Positions 11,534 through 23,290 of a stretch of 64,000 bases of DNA are shown one piece after another. Each line of letters opens with the position of its first letter. Positions within the stretch are counted from its first letter, which is position 1. The DNA is from Lama guanicoe. Its lineage: Eukaryota. Below the pieces are notes generated by a model that saw only the letters and a program-made list of their open reading frames with translations, was not told the DNA's origin and made no database searches. The stretch lies in contig MU054117.1 of NCBI GenBank assembly GCA_013239625.1, forward strand, positions 3,150,677-3,214,676, read 5' to 3'. A program made the translations under genes and the position numbers.

Positions 11534-12929
11534 TATATTTTCTTGCAAATTTTTTAAAGTTCTCTTGGGCCAGTACGTTCATTTTACAGGTGAAGAAACC
11601 GGGGCCTTTTCCAGGTGTAGCCGAGAGGACTTTTTCTAGGACAGGGAGTGTTAGGTACAGCCGCGCGGGCTGGCGGGGAGAGCATGGGATTCGGAGTCAG
11701 AGCGGAGCGGGAACACCTGTACCTCAGTTGCTATGACCTCGGAGGATGAGAATACTGAGGTGTTGGGGCTCTCGAGAGAAGTAAATAGGAAAATGCACAG
11801 GAAAGCCCCCCAGACGTGGCATGTGCCCAACAGGCCCCGCTGGATCGTCACAGCCCCTCCGTTTGACTCTGAGGCTTTTGGCCGAGAGTCCGCGCTGTGT
11901 TGAGAGCGAATGAGCAAACCACTAGCCGAGCTGCCGCGGCCGGCCTGGCGCACCCCTGCTGGGCCACAGGCATTTCGTTAATGACCAGGATCATATGAGT
12001 CCGCTGACGAACTGTGAAAAGATTAACTGTCATGCTAATAAATCCCTAATGACAGCGGGGGTAGTGGCCGTGGTGACAGTGACCGCTCTAGACACTGCGG
12101 ATGAAATGAGGCCAGGCGAGTGGGAAAGTTCTGGAATGTAGCCCCGGCGTGGGCTCCAGGTTTTAGGTGTGAGCGATCTGAGGACTAGGATCTCTCCAAG
12201 TCTGTCATTCAGGGGACGAACAGTTGCCGAGGGCCTGCTGTGTGCCAGTGGCTCTCCTGGGAACTGGAGACACAGCGGTCCACAAAAGCAAGAGTCTTTC
12301 CTGAACTGGAGAAAATCAACAGACGAGGAAACAGATGTGTTGTTGGGTGGCGGTGAGAGTGGTGAAACTAAATGAACCGGGGTGAGGGGACAGGCAGTGG
12401 TTGGTGGGGCAGCTGTGCGGAGGAGGGACTGTCTCTCCGAGCAGGTGGCACCTGGGTAGAGACCTGAATGCGGAGGGCAGTGGTCACGTGGACGCCGGGG
12501 GGCGGGGGCGGATGCCAGGCCAAGGGGGAGGCTCCGAGGTGCAACCACGCGGAGGCCACGCGCCCGCAGTGTGCACTGAGCCCTGGCTGAAGTGTGTGCT
12601 CTGTTTCTGCCTGGATGCAGGCCAATGAGGGCTTCACTGCAGAGAGGCTCTGCCCCAGAGAACTCAGAATCAGGCAGGGGCAACCCTCTTGGTGGGAGGC
12701 CACGAACCTTGAGACCTTCCAGGAGATGAGAAGGGGTGGTGAGGACCACCCGTGACCTGGCAGTGAGTCTGAGAAACGGCCCCTGAGTCAGAACACAGAG
12801 CCACATGGCTCTGGACCAGCCCCAGGGTCTGTCACCGTCCGGTGTCCAAGGCGTGTTGGGTGGGAGGAAAGCAAACCTGGTCCTGGCCTCAGAGACCTGG
12901 GGAGCTCTCCCAGCTCCCCGCTCCCCCTC

Positions 12930-13135
12930 ACTCACCTATCTGGGATCTTCCGACACAAATTGCCCAGGTGCCTTTAAAGATGTTTCTTCGTCCCCACAGC
13001 CTTGTCTCTTAAAGCAGCCCCTCAAGGGCGGGGACTCCGCCCAACACATAGGGTCCCCGTGGGAAACAAAGCCCACCGTGCAAAGCCGACACACGGTCAG
13101 GCTGGGTGAGTCCCGCTCTTCCTTATCCAATAAGG
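12930..13135. promoter_or_regulatory. Candidate compact bidirectional promoter/enhancer
   Basis: Inverted GC boxes at 13026 and 13037, CCAAT at 13127, - strand donor TAG|GTGAGT (12935) and + strand donor TGG|GTGAGT (13106). Confidence 0.4.
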
Positions 13136-14969
13136 CCCCCTAAGCTTACTTCCTTCTCACCCCACAAAAGTCCTGTCTTTTTGTTTGTTCCCCATCTGAT
13201 CTCATTCAAGCTTCCCGGGTTACCCTGGAAGGTAACCTACAGGCTTATGAAAGCAGAACTTTTTCGCCAGATCTAGTCCCTCGTGACTGTCCAAACGCAT
13301 CTGCATTTGCAGCTTTCTCTCTGCCAGTGATGAATTCTTACAGATCCGTGCTTAGCAAGCAGCACCCTGGGCTGGGGACTCTGTTTGTAGCCCTTCCTGC
13401 CCAGGCACCTTTGTAACCTCACCTCTAGGAGTCCAGGTTTCTCATCTGAAAATGCCGGACAGCACTGTTGCATTTTATAGACACTTGTCGTGGACGCTGA
13501 GAAGACTAAGGCAGTATTAGACCCATTCTGCAAACCCTAAAGTGTGCACTGAAATTGCAACCCTACCAGCAACATTCTCCCACCTGCTTCCTCCTGATGG
13601 TTTGGATTGTTTCCTCCTGAACTTTCCAGCTGTGAAGTTTTAATTTCTTTTAATGGGCAGGTGAGCACTGGATTTGTCCAAGGGCTAAATACTCCCCCCT
13701 TGATGCTGACATCTTACCTTCATCCCTCCTCCCCCTTCCTTCTGGGAACCCCTAGAGCCCATCAGGTTGATGGCTTCAAGGAATAATCTATAATGATCCT
13801 GAGGGTTTTTTTCCTCAAGGACATACATATTCACGGCTCGTTTCCCTGTCATTCAAATAATTTCAACTCAGTCCTCGTGGCAGGAGCTCCTGGTCTGTGC
13901 TGTGTCTTGTAACCGGCGGCCATGAGGAATGAGAAGGTGACTAAGGAGCGATCAGAGCCCACAGGTCAGATGGGGGTGATGGATGTACACGGAGCAATGA
14001 TACGGTGCACAGGAAAGCAGGGGACGGGGCACCAGGGCAAAACGCTGGGGGACCCGGGAGTGTGAGCAATTCAAACTGGCCCAGGGGATTAGGGTCGCCT
14101 CCTCAAGGTGGCTCCTTTTCCTGCTGAGCCTCTGCGTGTGACTCTTCCTTCCTCACCTGCAGCCTGACAAAGGATGATGGAACGAGGCAGAGGCCTTTCT
14201 GACCCTATGATGAGTGGGTTATATGGGGAAAGGGTACCCCATCTTGAGAGCAGGAGCCCCTGAATCAGTGGCTGGAAGACCAGGAGGCGGAGGCAGGCAG
14301 GCTGGGGCCAGGCTTAGAGAAAGGCATGAACTTGGCCTGGCAGAGATCTGTCTTGTCCTGGGACTCCTCTGGGTTTGACACCAGGGCCTGGACTGTGCCA
14401 CTCCGCTCCGCACCAGCCCTGGCAGGGGGCTCCGGCTTGCTGGGAGTGAAAGGAGCCTGGACCCGCCACTAAGACCGGCCAGCCGGGCTCTCTGTCCTTT
14501 GTCAGGCCCGGGAGGCTCCGTGTCATTACTCCAGAGCACTGGCTCCCCTCCGGCCTCATTACGCAGGGCGCTAGCTGTGGGAACCAAACCCATTACAGAA
14601 AGGAGGGGGTGGAATTGGCACACGGGGAAGGAGGCCTTCTCAGATCAAGCGAACAACTTGTGCCTATTAACTAAAGAAGATCATTAGAAAATTCCCTTCT
14701 CCTCCTCTCCTCCCCCCGCCCGCCCCACCCCCGCCACTTGCCGCATCAGACGCTGGGGGTGGGGGGAGCAGGGCGCCCACTCAAAGACGGTCCTTTTTGG
14801 CTCCGTGGAGACACTGATTGGAATGAATTAGGTCCCATTTGGTGACTATTTTCTATCCCCTATAACAAAGTAGACCAGGGGGAACGCTTTGATTTCTACT
14901 CTGCGTTCACGTGACTGTTAGAGCTGGAAAGTCACTTTGAGATTAATCCACTGAAACCCGTTTCTGCAG

Positions 14970-15560
14970 ATGGGCCACCAGCCCCCGAGAGCCGACGCCG
15001 CGCCCGCCCCTCGCGAGAGCTGCGTGGGTGTTGTCTGCAAGTTTCTTTTCCAAGCAGCTTCCTCCAGTTTGCTCAGTTTTTCTTTGTTTTCCTCCCTCCT
15101 TGGCGCTGCTCCCAGCTGGAGGTGGGAGCGCCTCCTTGAAGCAATCCAGGAAAGCACCGTGGAGATCGGGCCACACAGGATTTGCGCATCAGCCGTGGCC
15201 CTGCCGCTGGCTCGTCCTCCCTCGCACGCCAGCAACGCAGCAGCCCCATACCAGGCACGGCTCGTGCCTCGGGTCCCGCGGAGCTGGCTCCGTGTTCTCC
15301 ATCGGGAAGGGCCGCAACGCCACGGCGCCATCGCCCCCTCGACGCCGCCTCCCCGCGTTCTCCCCGGGCCCGGACCCCGACGCGGCGAACGTGCCGCCGG
15401 GTCTCCGCGTGTCGGCGCGCGGGCTGCGCTCTCGGTGGGAGAGGAGGCTGCGCGGAAGGCAGGCCATGCGTGGTGGCTGTCCCCGGGCTCCTCGGGTCAC
15501 TGGCGGAGACGTGTGTTGCAGCGCTTTCAGAAACTCCGCCATCCCAGGAGTGCGGAATCC
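14970..15560. promoter_or_regulatory. Second CpG island (orphan or alternative promoter)
   Basis: About 600 bp GC/CpG-rich and repeat-free; preceded by a GC-box/C-tract cluster at 14700-14780. Confidence 0.65.
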
Positions 15561-15663
15561 TGAGACAGGATGCTTCTCTCCTGCGGTCAGAGCCCTTTTA
15601 AATCTGTGTGTGTGTGTGTTTGCTGTGTTCCGTGTGAAGGTCTCATTAGCGTTTCCTTTTCAG

Positions 15664-15771
15664 CTGCCCCTTCACCATCCCAGCTGCACCGACTGTGGTC
15701 AGCAAAGCAGAGCTGGTGCGACAGCAATTCAGGAAGCAGCTGAAAGGGCAGCAGGAGAGAACAGACCCGGG
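15664..15771 (+). other. Candidate internal exon (108 nt, symmetric)
   Basis: Acceptor CTCATTAGCGTTTCCTTTTCAG| preceded by (TG)n; donor GGG|GTGAGC. Confidence 0.35.
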
Positions 15772-16799
15772 GTGAGCTTCCCTACAGCCTGGAGAAGCCA
15801 GTCCGGTTTCAACGACAGAGAGAAGAGATGAAATGACACATGTGGAGGGGGTAAACAAAATATTCAGAATATTCCAAGTGACAAAAAGGAGGAAAGGTGA
15901 CTCCAGCTACCCACACAGGGAAATATATGACCAAAAAAACCCACGTAGAAAAAGGCAAAAAAAAAATTTTTTTCCAGAACAATGAATGGGACAGAAAAAG
16001 CAGGTGTGTTAAGAAATGAAAAAATAGTGATGGAAATTTCCTTATGTTCTTTCCCTATTTTTTTTAAATTAATGCTTTTTGTAATGTATTTATTTTTTCC
16101 AATAGAGGGAAATGAAATTGTCTGGTCACCAGCCACAAAAGAGAGGTGGCTTCTTGCCTTTGAGAAACTCGTGCAGTGGAGTTAGGGTCGAGCTAACCAT
16201 CCTTGCTTTGGTACAGGATCTGGAATCTTGTTTCCTGAGTTTCGCCCTTGACCTCAAGCCCACTTCCTTCCGCTAAGGTTTCCTCTTCCCTTTAACGTTG
16301 TTAGGATGTTGGGAGACTTCAGTTTATATTACAGAGGTAGTTAGAATTCAGCAGAGTAAAGACTCTGGAGAAAGTGGAAAGCAGGTTCGTAACGATGATT
16401 CTTGGGATCCTTTGCAAAAGAAGCAGGCAAAACACTGCAGTGACTGCGCATTTTTATAGGCTTGTAACTCGTCCCTCGAAATTACCTACTTGGGGCTGAA
16501 ATATCTCCACCTGGTTCTCAGCCCCAAGGAGGTTGTTCTTGGAAAGTGTGACCTCCTGTTGTCCATTTTCAAACCTGGGAGAGACGCAGGGGGTGTGCAC
16601 TTTATGGGGAAGGGCCGGCGCAGCAGTCCACGCTGGGAAGAAGCCACCGCAGTCAGGAAGTGACTTGGAGGAGTGGACCAAACTGCCCACTCCGGTCATT
16701 CTCACAACCCGAAGTGAATGCGGGGTACCTGGGGGATGTCACAGAGGTCCTGTGCCTCTCTTAGGCTCCAGGTCATCCAGCCCGGGGTATCAGAAGTAA

Positions 16800-17395
16800 A
16801 GAGTTTAAGGCCTTGATTCAAACAGACCTTCGTTTAAATTTCAGCTCCAGCACACACAGCTAAGACACTTGAGGAAGTTACTGCCTTCTACAAGTGGCAT
16901 CATTTTAAAAATGGGGAAATCTCATTTGCTACAGAGAACGGCTGGGATGATTGTTAAAATGCATGTTAAGTACTTACCTTGCAGTAAGTTCTCAATAAAA
17001 TCTAGAAATATTATGTAACGGACCAGGAGACGGGAGACCCTGCATTGAAATATGTGTGGATCCAAAGCTGGCTGTGTCACTTGTAGTTCAGTGCGCGAGC
17101 ACCAGCTAATTAACCTGTCAGTGCCTCGGTCTCCCTATCCATCAAACGTGGGTAAAATACCCACCTCACTATGTGGACTAAATGAGATAATTTGTATAAA
17201 GGGCCTGAGCCATATAGGGGGATAATGCATGGTGATGATAATTCGTATGTTTATTTCCTAAGACTCCGCCTTCTTCCTGCCATCAACTATCTGTGTGACC
17301 TTTAACGTGTTATGCAGCTTTCACAGACCTCAGTTTCCCCATCCACAGCAGAGGGGCAGGCCTAGATCTCTGTTGTCAATTCCAGCTCTGTGATT
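16800..17395 (+). mobile_element. Cluster of three MIR elements
   Basis: Three MIR cores, e.g. GTGCCTCGGTCTCCCTATCCATCAAACGTGG and ACCTCAGTTTCCCCATCCACAG. Confidence 0.7.
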
Positions 17396-18299
17396 ACATA
17401 AACTTTCTATTTCTACGAGTCCTCTGTTTCAAAAATGCCTAGTCAGTAGTTTCCAGAGCTATTCCCAGGATAGCGTATAGCAGCCCCTTTTCCTTGGTTA
17501 CCCTCTGCCCACCTCCTCTTAGCCCATTAACCCGCTGAGCTGCCACTGGCTTAGACAAGGCACAGAGGCCCCCCTGAAAATGAAATCTCAGGTGGCGACC
17601 TACAGTGCATTGAAGACAGCGGCTAGCTAGATAATGCAAGGAAAAAACAGACGCTCAAAGCAGATCCCATCAGATGCAGTTAAGGTGGTGATTCTGTAGA
17701 ATCAAAATTAGGAGCAAGGGCTCTGAAGGCAGGCCGGGCGATGGCTCCAGCCCTAGCACCACCCCTTACAGCAAAGCCCCCCCACCACTGACTGAGTCTT
17801 GGTTTCCTCTTCTACATCGTGACGCTTTTAAAAATGGAATCACTCTTGTGAGGATTGGATGATATGCACCACGCGAGGGGCTTGGCGCGGTGGCCCTCCC
17901 AATGTGAGCTATCGCTGTAATTAATAGCATTGTTGACAGTGTCAGAGTTAACTGGAAAAGCCTCACAGAAGAGATCTGTAAAGGACTGGTTTTTGAAGGT
18001 GGGGACAGAGAGTTTGGCGATAGGGAAGGGTCAGATAAATGGTCGGTGTCAAACAGCACGTCCAGATGGCTCTCCTTGGAGGAACTCGACAGCTGTAGGT
18101 TTTCAAAGCTTTCCAGGTAATTCTGACACGAAGCCAGGGCTGATACGAGAACAAGACAGTCCCAGTAAGATTCATGAAGTGCAGACCCACAGACAAGGAG
18201 CTGAGATGCCTGGCTTCCCGCACCTTACGGGCTGCCTGGAGTTAGCAACCACTTCACCTCATTGGATTCCAGTTCCTTCGTTTGTAAAACTAGGAGGGT

Positions 18300-18474
18300 T
18301 AAAGTAGATAAACAACAAGTTTCCTCTGTAGAGCCCAGGGAACTGTATTCAGTATCTTGTAGTAACCTACAATGAAAAAGAAGATGAAGAGGAATGTATG
18401 TATGTATATGCATGACTGAAACACGCTGCTGGACACTAAACATTGACACATTATAAACTGACTATATGTCAACC

Positions 18475-18505
<31 letters not shown>
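18300..18505 (+). mobile_element. 5'-truncated cetartiodactyl/camelid L1 3' end inserted into a MIR
   Basis: TAGATAAACAACAAG...CAGGGAACTGTATTCAGTATCTTGTAGTAACCTACAATG... then poly-A/(GAAAA)n; imperfect TSD AAACTAGGAGGG / AAACTGGAAGGG. Confidence 0.9.
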
Positions 18506-18506
<1 letters not shown>

Positions 18507-18889
18507 CTGGAAGGGAGGATCTGCCTGTAGCATCTCTAAGTCTCCTCCCAGCTCGAAAGTTCAAGAATCTTAAATGGCTCTTCTTGGCTGTGTGAGAATC
18601 CACGTCCAGGAGTCATTACTCATCCTTCCTTTCCAGTTCATCTCTTGGATGATGTTCTCAAGCTGACAGGCGCTCCGTGAGCCCTCTGGGTCTTCCCACC
18701 ACACCCCTCCGAGGTCACTGCATGGGTCATACTAGCTCATTCCAGCTCTGATTGGCCTCTACCTGGTACCGTGGAAAGAGGCCACGTTGAAGGCAGCGCG
18801 CAGGGACTTGGGGGAGTATCCAGAGACCGGCTCTCCGAGTGACTTGGAACTTTGTAACTGTGGGGCTTGGGGCTCCTGCTAACAGGGCT

Positions 18890-19130
18890 CACATTTCCTG
18901 AGCACTGACAATGTGTCAAGCACTGAGGGCTTTAGCTCTGCTGTGTGGTTTAATCCTCACAACAGTACGGTGATGTCGGCATGATCGTTCCCATCTCATG
19001 GCTGGAGATGCAGACGTTGAGGCTTAAAGAGATTAAATAACTTGCCCAAGATCACACGCTTGGCATGCGGCGCGGGCAGGGCCACGCCTCCGGCTCCTGG
19101 GCCGCAGTGCCGAGTCTTTCCTCTGCCGTG
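18890..19130 (-). mobile_element. MIR
   Basis: TTTAATCCTCACAACAG...TGAGGCTTAAAGAGATTAAATAACTTGCCCAAGATCACAC. Confidence 0.85.
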
Positions 19131-19367
19131 GCACGCAACCTCTTGGAAACCGCAAGTCGCCGTGACATCTTTGTGCCAACGAGTAGATCACACGGGAGGG
19201 GTGCAGGCTTCCTCTGTATAAGGCACTGCGTGTGTTATCTCAGGCGTAAAGGGGTCCCTAGGAGCCAGGTACGCCTTCTCCTGCCCCGAGGAACCTTCCC
19301 CAACCTGCCCCAGCTTACCTTCCTGAGGTCCGCACCCTCTTACCAGCTCTGCTCAGCCACCTGCTAT

Positions 19368-20352
19368 GGTTAGTTCGAATTGAGAGTGTACCATCAGTAT
19401 AAAGCACCCGCCTGATTTCAAAGACTTGGTATAAAAAATATCAAATACCACATTAATCATTTTAATTGATGGACTACATGTTGAAATGATTATATTTTGG
19501 AAATATGAGTTAAATATTTTTAAATTTTTAATTGAAGTATAGTTGGTTTACAATGTTGTGTTAGTTTCTGGTGTGCAGCAAAGTGATTCAGTCGTACATT
19601 TATATTTATCCTTCTTCAGAATCTTTTCCATCACAGGTTACTACAAGATGTTGAGTATAGTTCCCTGTGCCATACAGTAGGACCTTGTTTATTATGTATT
19701 TTATATATAGTAGTTAGTATCTGTAAATCCCAAACTCCCAATTTATCCCTCACACTTCCCCCTCCCCCAGGAACCATAAGTTTGTTTTCTATGTCTGCGA
19801 GTCTCTCTCTGTTTTGTAAATAAGTTCATTTGTGTCATTAGATTCCACATATAAGTGATATCGTATGGTATTTGTCTTCCTCTGTTTGACTTACTTCACT
19901 TNNNNNNNNNNNNNNNNNNNNNNNNNNNNNNNNNNNNNNNNNNNNNNNNNNNNNNNNNNNNNNNNNNNNNNNNNNNNNNNNNNNNNNNNNNNNNNNNNNN
20001 NNNNNNNNNNNNNNNNNNNNNNNNNNNNNNNNNNNNNNNNNNNNNNNNNNNNNNNNNNNNNNNNNNNNNNNNNNNNNGTGCATGTATCTTTTTGAATCGG
20101 AGTTNNNNNNNNNNNNNNNNNNNNNNNNNNNNNNNNNNNNNNNNNNNNNNNNNNNNNNNNNNNNNNNNNNNNNNNNNNNNNNNNNNNNNNNNNNNNNNNN
20201 NNNNNNNNNNNNNNNNNNNNNNNNNNNNNNNNNNNNNNNNNNNNNAAAATCAATTTCACCTCTTCCTCCTTTTTTATTTTTGATATGACAACTCAAATAT
20301 TTAAAATGACACACTGGGCTGACACTGTACCTCACGTCATATTTCTATGGTC
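19368..20352 (-). mobile_element. MER33-like hAT-Charlie DNA transposon split by an L1 (pieces about 19368-19520 and 20246-20352)
   Basis: GATTTCAAAGACTTGGTAT...TACATGTTGAAATGATTATATTTTGG, resuming as AAAATCAATTTCACCT...ATATTTCTATGG, colinear with MER33 as I recall it. Confidence 0.75.
19521..20245 (-). mobile_element. Relatively young L1 3' portion with two gaps (19902-20077, 20105-20245)
   Basis: TTTTAATTGAAGTATAGTTGGTTTACAATGTTGTGTTAGTTTCTGGTGTGCAG; ORF2 C-terminus-like SEVSQTEEDKYHTISLICGI. Confidence 0.9.
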
Positions 20353-20954
20353 TGGAATGAAACCACCCATTTTTGAGTCTCTCTCCGTGACCTTGGGCAA
20401 GTTCAGAATCCCTGTGGGTTTCAATTTCTCCGTCTGGAAAATGGGGTTAATGATGAGACCGGCCTGGTGAGGTTGCTGTGAGCATTTAATGACTTGCCTT
20501 TCCTCTGTCGGAAGGCCTTCCACTCCACCTCTTGGAGTCCCGCATCCTCCAAACGGCGTGGCTTCTCGGAACGCCTGGGACTTCAGAGTGTCCTTGACTT
20601 TCTGGCCCCAGTAGTTGTCATTTCAGTGTGCATGCCTGAAATGTGGTTTGCAGCAGACTGAGTTCCTTGAAATCAGGGTCTGTGTTTTTTGTCTTTGTAT
20701 TTCCCACGGACCTAACGCAGGGCCTGGTCCAAGTGGTGTTGCCTCAATACCTATTTATTGACTAGCGGATGAGAAAGCCCCACGCCATCCCCTTGCCAGG
20801 AAGACAGCACTCCTTAGAAGGAAGAGGTCACCTCTCCTCCGGTCGCTCTCCGGCTGGGGTCATTCTCTCCAGCACAGAACCACCCCAGTACGTCCATTCC
20901 AACTGCCCTGTCATTTCTCATGCTTTCGAAATGGATGGTGGCTTCCCCCCCAGC

Positions 20955-21075
20955 ACTGAATATTAAAATCAGCTATAATTTGAAGCCTCTGAAAGAAGTG
21001 GCCGGGTTCATTCAATGCTAATTGAGCTGATGGCTAGGCAAGACAGTTGCTTTAATTAAGGAAGCCCTCCCTGGG
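20955..21075. promoter_or_regulatory. Candidate homeodomain-site enhancer
   Basis: AT-rich non-repeat island in GC-rich DNA with CTAATTG (21018) and TTAATTAA (21052). Confidence 0.35.
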
Positions 21076-23059
21076 CTGTTGCTGGGCTTCTGGTGGTGGA
21101 GAGGGCTGCAGCCCGGGCTGCTGGGGACGGTGGTCGCTGATGTGCTGCTGAAGGGAGTTTGGAAGCACCAGTGCCCGCCCTCCGGCCGCCCAGTCTTCGC
21201 GTCTGCCAGGTTCCTAAAGTCTGTCACTGGGAGCTTGGGGACTTACCCGGGAGGGGAGACTTCTCCAGCTTTGGATGCCACTCAAGGTTCAGGGAACAGA
21301 GCCTCTGGGGAAGTGAGGCCCCCCAAAGAGCAGCCCTTTGAGGGGAAGGGTTCTCTCTGGCAGTCTGGTCTTGGCTGGACCTTGGGAACGCCGCCTCCAG
21401 CGCCGAGGCGGTAACTGCGCTGTGGGCAGCGCTTTCGTTTGAATTAAATATGACGTCCCTCAGAAACGCCTCTTAAGAGGCTTCTGCACTTTCAGGAGAT
21501 GGCCACACGGTGAGTTCTGACTCCTTAGTATGGATTCATGCTGAGAGCCTGGAGCTCTGTGATGCTGGAAGGGGAAGGGGATGTAAAGGATGCGGGGGAG
21601 GAATGTGAGGGGCACCATGGGAGATTCTGCCAATCTGACCGTTTCCCCAAGACCAGCCTGAGAGCAGGAGGATGGGTTCTGGAGTGTCCGGCTGACAGGT
21701 GTGGGAGGTGCTGGGCTACACCGCCCAGGTTGCCCTTCTGGACTGAGACATTTACTCCCCCCCCACACAGGGGGCGCAGCTGGCTGAGAGCGCTCAGCTC
21801 GCAGCTGCCTCTGGGATTGCCTTTGCCGAAGAGCGATGCCTCATCCACAGACACGCGTGGCCCGGTGACACAGTCGGAGACAACTCCGAAGGGCACGCCC
21901 GCTGGATCCCACGGGCTGGCCGAGGCCGTGGGACCGCCCTGCAGCCCCGCTCTCGCCCTCTGCTCCTGCCTGCTTCCTTCTCTGACCCCGTAGGTGTTGC
22001 TGCGAAGACCCCTTTCCGGTCAGCTTCCTCCACGCTAACCTTCTGCTCAGCATCCGCTTCCTGGGAAGACGGCCCTGCGACAGTCGGTGCTGCTCTTGGC
22101 ACCCGGGTGCCTGTGTCGGCCTCTGACACGCTTGCCGCACACCCGCTGCACACGGCTTCCGGGACCTGCTCTCCTCCTGCCCCGGGTCTCTGTGCGGCTG
22201 CGCTGACGTCTGTCTGTCCACTTTGCATCTTAACAGACAAGTGTGTGTGTCTGCGTCTCCCGCGTGCCTCTCACTCCGCTGCCAGCCGGGACCCTCCTGA
22301 GGGAGAGGAGTGGGTCTCACACCCCCACTGTGTCTCCCCAACATGCTCAGTTTCAGACTCGTTCTTCTTGCAGGGAATAATTAGCGCTGCCTGTGCAGCC
22401 TGGCTTCCAGAACCCTCTTGGACTTAGGGATCCTCTGAGCCTGTCACCAAAGACAAAGGTCAAACACTCTGGCTGCTGGTGGCTGGGATGTTCCATCCAC
22501 GTCTCCCTGTGACCGGAGTCCTCCTTGGCCTCCCTGCAGTTAGTGACACTGTAGTTGGCTTTTCCATCAAGAACGCTCGGGGCGGTCATCTAACCTCACT
22601 GCCGAGCACGGGTCCTGAGCCCACACAAGCCCAGCACGCCAGCATCTGTCGTTAATCCCAAACGGAGCAGCCTGGAGGGGCCCACGTGACCTGACAAACG
22701 TACTCAGGAAGCCAAATGGTAAGATGGAATTATAATAAAGTGTATTTGGGCTTGCCTACCTGAGAACAAGCCAGGCACGCTGACAGTGCACCTCTGAAGC
22801 CCGCGCGGCCTCGCAGGTGTGGAGTGGCCCTCCGCGGGCAGCTCGGCAGCGTCTGCTTAAAGCTCCAAGCCCAGCGCCAGATTTGCTTATTCTTTAGACT
22901 TCAAGCATCCTGCAGACTCCCTGGCCACCCCTCCTAGTGCCTTTTGGCCCAGACAGGAAGTTCATCCCGCCATCCAATCAGATCCCTCCTGGTGCCCGCA
23001 ACACCTGTCCTCCTCAAAGGGTGGGGAGAGCGTGTCCTTCGTTCTTCGCGGACCTGCCT

Positions 23060-23290
23060 GCACTGGAGCTGTCATCTTCCAGGGACACGGCTTCCCTGGC
23101 AGGGTGCCTGTGTGTCCGCAGTCCCATTCCCCGTGGCCAAGCGCCAAGTGACAAAAGTGTCGGGGCTTTTGAAATTGTCAGAGGAACTGATTTCCCTGTC
23201 AAGTCTCGTCCTGTGCAGTTGGAGGGCCGAGCCCTGCCTTCCTGTCAGCTGCCACGCAGATCAAAGGCCGCTGACAAGGAGCTGAAGCGT
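23060..23290. promoter_or_regulatory. Candidate TALE (MEIS/PKNOX/TGIF) plus TCF/LEF enhancer
   Basis: Six TGACA/TGTCA (23070, 23149, 23176, 23197, 23243, 23272) and AGATCAAAGG at 23258. Confidence 0.5.

Noticed and set aside
12030-12935. Longest ORF (301 aa, - strand)
   Set aside because: Starts at the GTG of a splice-donor-like site, runs through L2-like sequence, is Pro/Arg/Ser-rich like random GC DNA, and has no recognisable domain
14970-15831. Overlapping 197- and 267-aa ORFs
   Set aside because: Stop-poor CpG island with open frames on both strands; no homology recognised
19838-20335. ORFs spanning N-runs (also about 2.6-3.4, 28.7-29.0, 50.7-51.1 and 60.0-60.5 kb)
   Set aside because: Artefacts of translating through assembly gaps
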